Below, piece after piece: positions 51,654-62,755 of a stretch of DNA of 64,000 bases. The stretch's first letter is position 1. The number at the start of each line of letters is the position of its first letter. Source of the DNA: Octopus bimaculoides (Eukaryota); the NCBI RefSeq assembly GCF_001194135.2, contig NC_068989.1, forward strand, positions 2,561,270 to 2,625,269, read 5' to 3'. A model generated the notes under the pieces. The model ran no database searches and was not told the origin of the DNA. It saw nothing but the letters and a program-made list of their open reading frames with translations. Made by a program: the position numbers and the translations under genes.

Positions 51654-52233
51654 TGTATGTATGTATTTACGTATATGTGTATTTCTATATTTGTGATGCC
51701 ATGTTGAAAATAAACTCTAATACATAATGCTATCAGATTCCATAGAATCTTTTTCCTCGCTGCTGTTCATCTGCTCCGTGTTGTGACTTTAATTTTCTGT
51801 TCTTTTAACCCAATGTTGCATCCCAAGAAATGCAGTATTGTTACAAGAATGATTATTTTATCCAATTCGATATGTGTATATGGAGTTGGGAATTGACACT
51901 CTTCTGTCAGTTATATATGGAGGCATTCTGTGTTCAGTCATCTGTGATTATAGATATAAGATGGCCATATGTATAAAGAATTAAACTAGCATCTCTTTTA
52001 CCTTCACTTGAAATCCGCTTTCAGTCAGTCTTGCTGTTTTCTGGATGGACACAAGCAGTCTGAACTAAATCCCGGATCTGCTGAGACCCTGTGATAAGAA
52101 TTTGGGTATGGAAATCTACTGCACTGTATAGTCTACTCTAAGGGTTTTAGAGAAAAGATCTTCAAAAGCCGATTACATATATACATATATACATATATAC
52201 ATACATATATAAATATATGTATGTATATATATG

Positions 52234-52264
<31 letters not shown>

Positions 52265-52311
52265 ATATATATATGACAGATGAATAAACATAAAGATAGA
52301 TAGATAGATAA

Positions 52312-52381
<70 letters not shown>

Positions 52382-52540
52382 CAGAGACATAGAATGGAAT
52401 TCACGAGATTCCTTATTCAAAACCTCCATAATTGTTTCGACTCATTCTCGCGCCTGCAGCTCACAGGGTATATATAAATTCCCTGCTGTATTCTTTCACC
52501 ACCACTGTCTCTCTTTCTTCCTGTTTCTGTTGTAGCGGTA

Positions 52541-52715
52541 TTTCAAAAAGTCAGCCTTGCCACACACTGTGTCACGCTGAATCTCTCCGAGAACTACGTT
52601 AAGGGTACACGTGTCTGTGGAGTGCTCAGCCACTTGCACGTTAATTTCACGAGCAGGCTGTTCCGTTGTTCGAATCAACTGGAAACTTCGTCGTCATAAC
52701 CGACGCAGCGCCACA
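52541..52715 (+). mobile_element. SINE family C 3' part
   Basis: Shares GAGAACTACGTTAAGGGTACACGTGTCTGTGGAGTGCTCAGCCACTTGCACGTTAAT...ATCAACTGGAA with 4330-4460. Confidence 0.75.
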
Positions 52716-52726
52716 ATGATATGGGC

Positions 52727-52758
<32 letters not shown>

Positions 52759-53884
52759 NNNNNNNNNNNNNNNNNNNNNNNNNNNNNNNNNNNNNNNNNN
52801 NNNNNNNNNNNNNNNNNNNNNNNNNNNNNNNNNNNNNNNNNNNNNNNNNNNNNNNNNNNNNNNNNNNNNNNNNNNNNNNNNNNNNNNNNNNNNNNNNNNN
52901 NNNNNNNNNNNNNNNNNNNNNNNNNNNNNNNNNNNNNNNNNNNNNNNNNNNNNNNNNNNNNNNNNNNNNNNNNNNNNNNNNNNNNNNNNNNNNNNNNNNN
53001 NNNNNNNNNNNNNNNNNNNNNNNNNNNNNNNNNNNNNNNNNNNNNNNNNNNNNNNNNNNNNNNNNNNNNNNNNNNNNNNNNNNNNNNNNNNNNNNNNNNN
53101 NNNNNNNNNNNNNNNNNNNNNNNNNNNNNNNNNNNNNNNNNNNNNNNNNNNNNNNNNNNNNNNNNNNNNNNNNNNGATCTTGTACGAAAAAACAAACTGC
53201 CGTTATATTTTTGGGTGGAATGTAGTTGTCATCTGTCAAAAAGATATCATGTGAATTGAATTTAAAATCGACTTGCGATAAAAATTATTAACTGCAAGTT
53301 ACATCAGTTTCTTCTGACAATGTGAGTCATGGTGTTTAAATACCAGCAGACCGCCCATTTATCTCACTCTGAAGTTAACACCACAAATCATGGCAAGAGT
53401 CCGTTCTACTTTTCTTCCGTTTTCACTCTTAAGATGTTTGAAAGAAATGTTTCTGATGCGATTAAACATACATGCCATGACATGCATATTCAATATTAAT
53501 ATGTTCCGGTAGATTTAAACATGATTACCTAACAACGGGGAGAACTCCTTTGCGACGAATGTGTATTCGTAATCCATTTGATCCGTTAGTGCAAGGGATT
53601 CTGAGGCTACCGATGTTTCGACGTCGTTATGCGTTCCGTATCAGACAGAAGCAACTCGGACTAATGAATCACACAAAAGTGCGAAGTACATTTTTTTAAC
53701 TTCAGCAAACAAACTGCTTACTGGTGCATGCAGGGATCAAGTAACTTCTAATAAATTGTTATATGCACGATAAAGAGCGAGAATGAGAACGAGAACGAAT
53801 ATGCTAATTGCTGTTGTATTTCGTCACAGAACAGCTTCTCCTTTACCACATTTCATAACGAACTCGATTCAATAGCGCAGGGGA

Positions 53885-53930
53885 CTCTTGGACAGGCAGT
53901 GTTTGGACATCCTTGTCTCATCAGCCAGAG
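53885..53930 (-). ncRNA. Full type-I hammerhead fold with a single core lesion (G12C)
   Basis: Minus strand CTCTGG-CTGATGA-GACA-AGGA-TGTC-CAAA-CA-CTGCC-T-GTC-CAAGAG. Stem I is 5/6, stem II 4 bp with a tetraloop, stem III 3 bp, triplet GUC. GAAA is altered to CAAA. Confidence 0.6.
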
Positions 53931-54370
53931 GCACCCGATACTTATGAATCTCACAGAAGCTAGAAGCTCCTGTTTATTTTTTTTCATATCGAAGAAGAAA
54001 ACTATAAAAGAAAAACGGAAAAGAATCATGAATGCCTGTCACCCATTTCCAGGCTCAAACTTCTTAAGCGGAACCTCGACCAAAGACATTCCAGGCGCGT
54101 CAAGTCTTTTATTCTGTATATCAAGAAACCCACGCTCCCATACATGTTTAGACGTTATCTTTTATATATGCATGTGCTTCCACACAGTTTTCCGCCAGCA
54201 AATTCACTCTTATGGCATTGCTCAAACGCGGTTATAGCCATGCCTGCGCCTACAGACATACTGTGCCTATAATCAGTTGTAATGTGTTAACGAACACTCG
54301 ATGTTTGTATTGTGTCCTGTAACTTGTCGTTTCGGGGAAAATCAACACTGATTTTTACATACATGTGTGC

Positions 54371-54402
<32 letters not shown>

Positions 54403-55849
54403 ATGGATGGATATAAGCATGTACATACATGTATGTGCATGCATCTATGTGTGCGTATGTGTGTGAGTCATATATTTATATACCTACAGAGAGAGAGAGA
54501 GAGAGAGAGAGGCAGGCAGACTAAAAGAAAGAAAGAGAAAGTGAAAGAAAGAGAGAAAGACTTATATGTGTGACTAAAATTAAGACTAAGAATTATTATT
54601 TCGAAAACTAATAATAATTTTTCTTTCGTTTTTGTTGTGATGAAGCCGTGAAATGTCGAAATATGGTTTCCTTATCTTTTATATCGAAACACAAAGAAGA
54701 GGACAAGAACGAGGAGACAATGCAAATGAATCAAAGAAGATTACGTTTTTATTCTTGGATATTGAAGGGAGAACGTGATTATCCATTTCTGCGGCGAATA
54801 TACGTTCTTATCTCCTTACTAACGATATAAGGCAATGCAAATTATAAGGAATCGTTAAAAGGCAGAATACGCGGAACATAAATAAGTCTTCAAGAAAAGC
54901 CTGGATCTCTTAGGTTGTGATAATGTTTCGAAATTAACAGGAAAGCGAACGTCTATTGTAAACTTCATCGAAACCTACATCTTTTCTTTCAAAGTTATAA
55001 ATTGAATTTTGTGTCCATAATGATTTGTGAACTTTGTCATGTCACGGTAGACTGGGTATTTTAGGTTAAGAAAATATCTAACTCTTATTTTTCAAATTCA
55101 ATCGATAAAAAGAGCGATTAAAATATGCAAAACTTTTCTGAAATTCAAAAGGAAAAATTTCACTGTTGTTGATATCTAAATTCTGATGTTTGATCATTGT
55201 CTCTTACTTAGAAATCATCTTACATTAGAAACAAGAATTTAAGTCAATAAAGCTGGCTATACATACATGCATACATTCATACATTCATACATACATATTT
55301 ACATATATACATCCATACATATTTACAGTTACACGCACATATTTACATACAGACATCCCTAAATACTTATATGGATGCATATTTGCATATATACATCATG
55401 ACACACTTACATATATATATATATACATGTTTATATACACCCATGCGTACTTACATATTTACGTACTTACATATGACAAACTTACATATATGTTTATATA
55501 CATCCATACATACATATATACTTTCATACTTACATATATACATACATATTTACATATTTACCATATATATACATAGATACATCGATATANNNNNNNNNNN
55601 NNNNNNNNNNNNNNNNNNNNNNNNNNNNNNNNNNNNNNNNNNNNNNNNNNNNNNNNNNNNNNNNNNNNNNNNNNNNNNNNNNNNNNNNNNNNNNNNNNNN
55701 NNNNNNNNNNNNNNNNNNNNNNNNNNNNNNNNNNNNNNNNNNNNNNNNNNNNNNNNNNNNNNNNNNNNNNNNNNNNNNNNNNNNNNNNNNNNNNNNNNNN
55801 NNNNNNNNNNNNNNNNNNNNNNNNNNNNNNNNNNNNNNNNNNNNNNNNT

Positions 55850-56054
55850 ATCTTTGAAGAAAAAGATTGGAAAAGTTGCTGAAGAGCATCCGAAAGTCAG
55901 TGAGTGTAGTGTTTGTTCACACAAAGAGATTCTTCTGAACAACATCAAAAACAATGCATCGAGCAAGTTCAAAATAAGAAGAGCAACATATTTTAATTGG
56001 AGACAGAATTCTTCGAAAAACCTGACACTTCCTGAAATAGCTCCATCTGACTAG
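55850..56054 (+). mobile_element. Possible PLE GIY-YIG C-terminal remnant
   Basis: KVAEEHP...ECSVCSH..ILLNN......SKFKIRRATYFN loosely resembles the recalled PLE C-terminus (H..C....IL......LKIxEAxYI). The upstream part is lost in a gap. Confidence 0.3.
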
Positions 56055-56103
56055 GAACAATACTAACAAACAAAAACCTCAAAAACCTAGCATAAACAAA
56101 AAT

Positions 56104-56293
56104 CTAGGCACCGCCTAGAAGAATTTTAGTCGAACGAATGGGCCTCACTACATATTTTTAAGCGTAGTACTCATTCTATCCGTCATTTTTGCCGAACCGC
56201 TCAGTTTTGGGGACGTAAACACATCAACGCCGGTTATGAAGTGGTGCAGGGATCAAACACATACACAAAGACACACGCGCACACTCACTCACT

Positions 56294-56328
<35 letters not shown>

Positions 56329-56493
56329 TGCAATGTAACTACACATGTGCTCTTGGTGATTTATTTTGCTTCTTTGGACNNNNNNNNNNNNNNNNNNNNN
56401 NNNNNNNNNNNNNNNNNNNNNNNNNNNNNNNNNNNNNNNNNNNNNNNNNNNNNNNNNNNNNNNNNNNNNNNNNNNNNNNNNNNNNNACATATG

Positions 56494-56525
<32 letters not shown>

Positions 56526-56739
56526 CATATATATATATATATGTGTGTGTATATATATACATGCATGTGTGTGTGTGTACGAGCTTCTTTCGATTTCCGT
56601 CTTCTAAATCCACTCACAAGGACTCGGTCGGCCCAAGGCTTTTATCGAAGCACATATTCAGGGTGCTACGCAGTGGAACTGAACCTGGCACCACGTGGTT
56701 GGGAAGCAAACTCCTTACCATACAGCCACGCCTGCGGCT
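56104..56739 (-). mobile_element. Near full-length composite SINE family B with an internal microsatellite
   Basis: Head 56578-56739 (A/B boxes on the minus strand), internal (TA)/(CA) block and gap at about 56260-56577, tail 56104-56260 (TTTTGCCGAACCGCT-AGTT-TGGGGACGTAAACAC). Confidence 0.75.
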
Positions 56740-57399
56740 GTAGACATACATACATATTCAACAACCGCGTTGATGTCTAAATTCCAAAGAAAGAATACTA
56801 TTTCTCTGTTAGACGGCTCTTGTTCCACTGATGTGAAATTCGTAAACTCTAACCAGGTCGCTCTCTCTCTCTCTCTCTCTCTCTCCCTCTCTCTCTCTCT
56901 CTCGCTCTCTCTCTCTCTATCACACACACACACACATACAGGCATTACTTTGTCTGTACCTAAATGTATATATGTAAAACCTACCCTATTATTAGCAATG
57001 CTGTTTCAACCCAGTTTCAATCTTCCGTATTAGCTGTGATGAGTGCCTCAATTGGGAGCAAGATGTTATTTCAACAAAGCAAATATCTTTTAATCTTCTT
57101 CATGGTAAATTAGAGGGAGAAATATTCTTATATAAGATAAAATCTTCATCACAAAAACATCGTGTTTTCTCCACCTGTTTGTTTCTTGATGTTCTCTTTG
57201 ATTTTTATTCCGTTTTAATGTTTCCTTTTCCAATTTTGTAGATTTATTTCTTATACTTAATGGTATTTCTTTATAAATATTTGTACCGAATTTTATTTTC
57301 TTTATTCTATGTTTATATATATATACTTGCTTTTATTTAACATTTATACGTTTTCCATTTTACATATGTATGTGTGTATTCTTTATTTCAACGTCTTCC

Positions 57400-57465
<66 letters not shown>

Positions 57466-57856
57466 CAATATTATCATCAATATTATTCTTCATCTCACTT
57501 CTCCATCTTCCATTTCTTTTTCGTTTCTTTTCTTCTTAGGTTTTTTTTTTCTGTGACATTTCCATTGTTTTACAGTCTTCCTTTCCAAATAATTGTATGT
57601 ATGTATGTATGTATGTATATATGTATGTGCATGCTTGCATGTATGTGGCGGCAGCTGCTTGTGTGCTTGTGCTTAAGTTTCTATATCTGCAGATCGAGGT
57701 CTGCCGTTGTGTAAGTATTTATTCGTAGACTGAAATGCGTTTTTATAAGATCTTGTATGATTGTATGTGTGCATATATACGTGTGTGTCTACTGGTCGAT
57801 GGGTGTGTGTATTTATGAGCTTATATATTAGCTTGATCGTGTGTGTGTGTGTGTGG

Positions 57857-57927
<71 letters not shown>

Positions 57928-58101
57928 GTATGTATTATGTATATTTACATTACGTGTATGTGTCTGCATATGTAAATGAAATTGTTTTTCTTATGAGTTG
58001 TGCTAACGCGTGACTGCTTCTCTATGTCGAATATCACTGGTATCTGTGTCGAGAAATTCTATATAAAATATGTGCATGCACGTGTGCATTTCTGTGTGCG
58101 T

Positions 58102-58140
<39 letters not shown>

Positions 58141-58219
58141 TACATCCGTGTATGTATGTATTTATGCATGTATGTATGTTGTATGTATGTATGTATGTAT
58201 GTATCTATCTGTCTATCTG

Positions 58220-58262
<43 letters not shown>

Positions 58263-58355
58263 ATCTATCTGTCTGTCTATCTATCTGTCTGTCTGTCCAT
58301 CTATCTATCTATTTGTCTATCTATCTATCTATCGAGAACATTACTGTGTGATACA

Positions 58356-58447
58356 CGATCCCTATTGATCGGCCTTTCCTTTTCTTTTTTTTCGATCCCT
58401 TTTGATCGAACTGCCCCTTTTTCCCTTCCTACGATCCCTTTTGATCG
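58356..58447. repeat. Three 16-bp hairpin repeats CGATC-CCT(T/A)TT-GATCG with pyrimidine-rich spacers of 21 and 23 nt
   Basis: Repeats at 58356-71, 58393-408 and 58432-47. The array runs into a gap. Confidence 0.8.
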
Positions 58448-58858
58448 ACACCACCANNNNNNNNNNNNNNNNNNNNNNNNNNNNNNNNNNNNNNNNNNNN
58501 NNNNNNNNNNNNNNNNNNNNNNNNNNNNNNNNNNNNNNNNNNNNNNNNNNNNNNNNNNNNNNNNNNNNNNNNNNNNNNNNNNNNNNNNNNNNNNNNNNNN
58601 NNNNNNNNNNNNNNNNNNNNNNNNNNNNNNNNNNNNNNNNNNNNNNNNNNNNNNNNNNNNNNNNNNNNNNNNNNNNNNNNNNNNNNNNNNNNNNNNNNNN
58701 NNNNNNNNNNNNNNNNNNNNNNNNNNNNNNNNNNNNNNNNNNNNNNNNNNNNNNNNNNNNNNNNNNNNNNNNNNNNNNNNNNNNNNNNNNNNNNNNNNNN
58801 NNNNNNNNNNNNNNNNNNNNNNNNNNNNNNNNNNNNNNNNNNNNNNNNNNNNNNNNNN

Positions 58859-58954
58859 GTTGAGCCCTGTGTGGCTAATAAAGAAACCTATCTATCTATC
58901 TATCTATCTATCTATCTGTCTGTCTATTTATCAATCTATTTATCTATCTATTTG

Positions 58955-59001
<47 letters not shown>

Positions 59002-59110
59002 ATTTATCTATCTATCTATCTATCTATCTATCTGTCTGTCTGTCTATTTATCAATCTATTTATCTATCTATATATCTATCAGTCTGTCTGTCTGTCTGTC
59101 TGTTGTCCAT
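58859..59110 (+). mobile_element. Probable LINE 3' terminus with (CTAT)n tail
   Basis: GAGCCCTGTGTGGCTAATAAAGAAAC is immediately followed by a long (CTAT)n array, with AATAAA just before the tail. Confidence 0.4.
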
Positions 59111-59496
59111 CTATCCATCTATTTATTCATTTGTATTTCTTGCTGTGTGCGTTCGCGTGTGCCAACGTGTGATATATCAAATTAAAAGATGAGTTTTGTT
59201 TTGCTTTCTTTTTATTCACCCGATTCATTTGACATGTCTTTCTCAGTATGGAATTAAATATATGTGTCTATGTGTATAAACATGTATCAATGTTAATTCC
59301 TTGGCGAAATTTTTTTCTCATTGGTGCTTTTTATATATGGTGGTGGTGGTGGTGGCGGTGGCGGTTTTCTTCGTTTTTTTCTTGGTTTCCTTTCCTTATT
59401 GTTATAAACATTATTTCCATTTTACTTCTCAGATCTCTCGATTTCACTTGCTCCGGTTAAGTCTGTAAGAGCGGACAACCTGTTGTCAAGGGTCTC

Positions 59497-59572
<76 letters not shown>

Positions 59573-60119
59573 TAGTTTTATTTTTATACTGTGTTTTCAC
59601 TTCACTACCGAGCGCAGCTCTGTGTGCCTTGGGTATGAGCTGTGGTTTGCTTTGATGCTCTTATGGTTACTGTATTGAAAGGAGAATAACTTTTCACTTT
59701 TACGAAGGCCCGCTCGGCTCCAGCCAGAAACAACCGGATCTTTGAGCCTAAACCGAGGCTCTGGCATTGTTTATACTTTCAAAGAACAAATTTTTTGGCT
59801 GATCAGTGTCTATATCTCCCAGCATTTAAAAATAATCGTTATTTCAACCGTATACAGCAAAACCTGGAACTATTATTTAATCTTAACTCGTCCAGGCAGT
59901 TTTGAACTTAACGATACTTTATCGGTTGCCGACTGTAAACACCGACCAGCAAACAATTGTACACCGTCGTCGTAAAAATGGAGAAGTTATTTTTCTATGA
60001 CGCAAAATGCTACGTCCAGTATATTTTGCGTCCGAAGCTGTCCAGACGTATTAAGAATGAATAGGCATATAACCGTTTCTGATCTCGGTGCAAATAACAT
60101 TTTTATTCTTCTTATTATT

Positions 60120-60151
<32 letters not shown>

Positions 60152-60679
60152 GTTTCGTGATAATGCAATGTCGCGTGTTTGTCTTTCACAGAGTGGATAA
60201 TTACCAGGTGGAACAGTGCAGAGAGAGATTTTTCTTCAACAAATAAATTCTAAATAAAGAAGTAGCAATTCAATTCTTTGAACTACTTTCTTTGAGTAAA
60301 TAAAAAAAGAAAGACAGAAAGAACGAAGAGATTCAGTTTGTGAAAGAAATGTTTCTTTCCACCAGTTGGAAACAAATAATACGGCGACAGCATCTAAAAA
60401 CATCGACACTAAAGATGGCGTTAGGACACGAAACAGAAGAAGAATGAAACGAATCAAATTCCCCAAACGAAAACATCTCACAAGAAAGAAATAACGATTT
60501 TTGTTTTGAAAGGTACACACACACACACAAGCACACGCACTCACAACGTGTGCACACATACACATACAGACACGTGTGTGTGTGTCTGTAGCTATCTCCC
60601 TATATATGCATGCATCTCTCTCTCTCTCACACTTTCTCTCTCTCTATATATATACATATGCATATATATATTTGCATAT

Positions 60680-60737
<58 letters not shown>

Positions 60738-60779
60738 TACTAGAGAAGCAAGTCCGGAAAAAGCCGGACGTCGAGCGGG

Positions 60780-60821
60780 CTTAACTGATGAGGCAGCGGA
60801 AATTGCCGAAACTGTATTAAG
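60780..60821 (+). ncRNA. Type-I hammerhead ribozyme with intact core (minimal, PLE-type)
   Basis: CTTAA (60780-84), CTGATGA (60785-91), GGCAG-CGGAAA-TTGCC (stem II, 60792-807), GAAA (60808-11), C-T, GTA (60814-16), TTAAG (60817-21). All conserved core bases are present and stem I is 5/5. Stem III has a 1-nt loop (quasi-palindrome ACTGT). Confidence 0.72.
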
Positions 60822-61042
60822 AATTCTCAATCGGTATTTTTCGGACAATTCAGTTCCTTGTTAGTGTATGTGTTCATTCATATGCGTTAACTACAGCATT
60901 AGAGCATTTTAGCTCTTCCTAGTAATGTAGGTGTTTCTTAACAACCTAGTCACATTTACTGATAATTATGATTCTCCTTTTTGGAGAATACATACATACA
61001 TACATACATACATACATACATACATACATACATACATACATA

Positions 61043-61260
61043 CATGAGAACCGCTATGCTGAACTATTGAGAAATCTGCAGTTACTCTATCCAGGCTGCA
61101 AGTTCAAGTTTATACCTGTAATTATTGGGGCCCTGGGATATGTAACACACTGCCTAAATACTAATCTTGAGAAATTAGGCTTTTCAAAACCAGAAAGGAG
61201 GAAGCTAATTCGAAAACTACAAATCCAATCCATCACTGGAACTGTAAATATCTGTAAAAT
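61043..61260 (+). mobile_element. 3' end of an RLE-type non-LTR retrotransposon (endonuclease C-terminus)
   Basis: Open reading [46 protein letters not shown]...LQIQSITGTVNICK fits the recalled RLE tail KYxxL..EL......IPVVIGALG...LQ...L.GT..I. It is 5'-truncated at (TACA)n. Confidence 0.8.
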
Positions 61261-61284
61261 GGAGTGAAGGAGAAAATTTATTAT

Positions 61285-61455
61285 GGTTTCAAAATTTGGC
61301 ACAAGGCCAGCAGTTTTTAGTGGAGGTGGCAAACCGATGACAGCGACCCCAGTTTTCAACTGGTACTTATTTCATCGACTCAGAAAGGAGGAAAGGCAAA
61401 GTCGACCTTGGCGGAATTTGAACTCAGATCATAAAGACAGACGAAATACCGATGT
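61285..61455 (-). mobile_element. SINE family A copy, tail-to-tail with the RLE fragment
   Basis: TTTCAAAATTTGGCACAAGGCCAGCA...AACTGGTACTTATTTCATCGAC...GGCAAAGTCGACCTTGGCGGAATTTGAACTCAG...GACGAAATACCG. Confidence 0.85.
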
Positions 61456-61711
61456 ACCTTTTGTCCGGCTTGTTAAGGGTCCTTTTCACTCACCATCCAA
61501 AAGAGACAATAATATCTCCTCACTTATACCATACATTTATTTTACTTTACTCTATTCATTTCCTTATGTATTCACCTCGTTATTTGCACGTCTTAGCACG
61601 CATATTGTATGGGTAAGTGCAAAAAACTGCATTCTGCGAGCTAGAAATGTGTGTAGTAAATATAAAATAGGCGGAAACGATTAACACAAATTTGAGACGT
61701 AAAAACTCGTT

Positions 61712-61779
61712 GTATTAGTTTGACGTTTAAAAAGAACCGAAAGTTTTGACATTTCGGACGTTGGTCCTTTATCAGAAAA
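61712..61779 (-). ncRNA. Decayed PLE-type hammerhead motif plus shared tail
   Basis: Minus strand TTTT-CTGATAA-A-GGAC-CAAC-GTCC-GAAA-TG-TC-AAAA: G8A and C-to-T lesions, perfect stem II, 4-bp stem I. It is followed by CGTCAAACTAATACA as at 32825-32840. Confidence 0.6.
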
Positions 61780-62084
61780 AATAGAAACGAAAAGTGTAAA
61801 ATTAAGAAAACACACAATTTTAACTCAGAACATTAAGAGTTCATCTGCCATGCTGACATCTTTTGATTAGGTACCAAGTGAATATTGTAAAGGAAGGGTG
61901 ATTTATTGGTAGAAGGTTCATATAATTATTTCGTCTTTTCGACGTTGGCATTGTCTTGATTGATTACTCCTTTCTTCCATCAGGATAAAACGATGTGGCT
62001 TTGTGCAAATCAATATTCGTAGAGGAAGAGATCGGTTCAGTTGAATTAACCTCAGTATATTATTGCTAAACATTTGAACAAAGC

Positions 62085-62250
62085 TCCGAGCCTCTACTTA
62101 AGACGCCTGACCTGCTAAAATAGCAGTCAAATCTCTATCAAATCAAACAATACGGACATTTTAAAAGGAAATTAAGAAGACATTGTGTGAAGTAGTACTA
62201 GGTATACTCGTACAAAAATAAGACGGGATGGTCAGCACTGGAATGTTTTT
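62085..62250 (-). mobile_element. SINE family D tail (diverged)
   Basis: GAGCCTCTAC...GACCTGCTAAAATAGCAGTCAAATCTCTATCAAATCA...AAGACGGGATGGTCA. Confidence 0.5.
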
Positions 62251-62554
62251 CTCTGATTTGTTAAATTGTGGCTTGCGTAGGACTAAACAATAATAATATT
62301 GACTAACTTCTGTCTAAAATTTTCCACTATTGGTTCTTATGATTTCTTAATCGATATTTGATTCCGGAATGGCGAAATCAAGTAACGTCTTATTTTGGAT
62401 TAGAGGAACAAGCACTTAGATACACAAAAGACGATAAACAAAAGATGTTTATCTCAGCTTCGGTAATAATCATTTGCTGCAATATCTATAAAGTGACTTC
62501 AAGTAAACAAATTATATAACTTCTTCGTACTAAGAAATAATAATAATAATAATG

Positions 62555-62611
<57 letters not shown>

Positions 62612-62612
62612 T

Positions 62613-62678
62613 GAGACACACCCAGCGTCCTAAGGCTTCTGTTATCCTTCACTCGCCCTAGGACGTTGGGTGTGTCTC
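62613..62678. repeat. 24-bp inverted repeat with 18-nt loop between (AAT)n arrays
   Basis: GAGACACACCCAGCGTCCTAAGGC (62613-36) versus GCCCTAGGACGTTGGGTGTGTCTC (62655-78): 22/24 Watson-Crick pairs, one G.U and one A.C. Confidence 0.9.
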
Positions 62679-62706
62679 GGCGATTATAACAAACATGCAG
62701 ATTAAA

Positions 62707-62750
<44 letters not shown>

Positions 62751-62755
<5 letters not shown>

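Larger units (their letters stand above)
1693..58858. other. 21 assembly gaps (N-runs, about 8 kb in total)
   Basis: N-runs start at 1693, 10417, 12743, 20132, 22516, 25101, 26697, 30415, 31213, 32895, 35669, 43904, 45868, 47484, 48142, 49268, 49748, 52759, 55590, 56380 and 58457. Most are flanked by (CA)n/(TG)n/(TA)n/(AAT)n runs or by duplicated sequence. Confidence 0.97.

Noticed and set aside
58356-58447. CRISPR array
   Set aside because: Only three 16-bp repeats, low-complexity spacers of 21-23 nt, no cas genes and a eukaryotic context.
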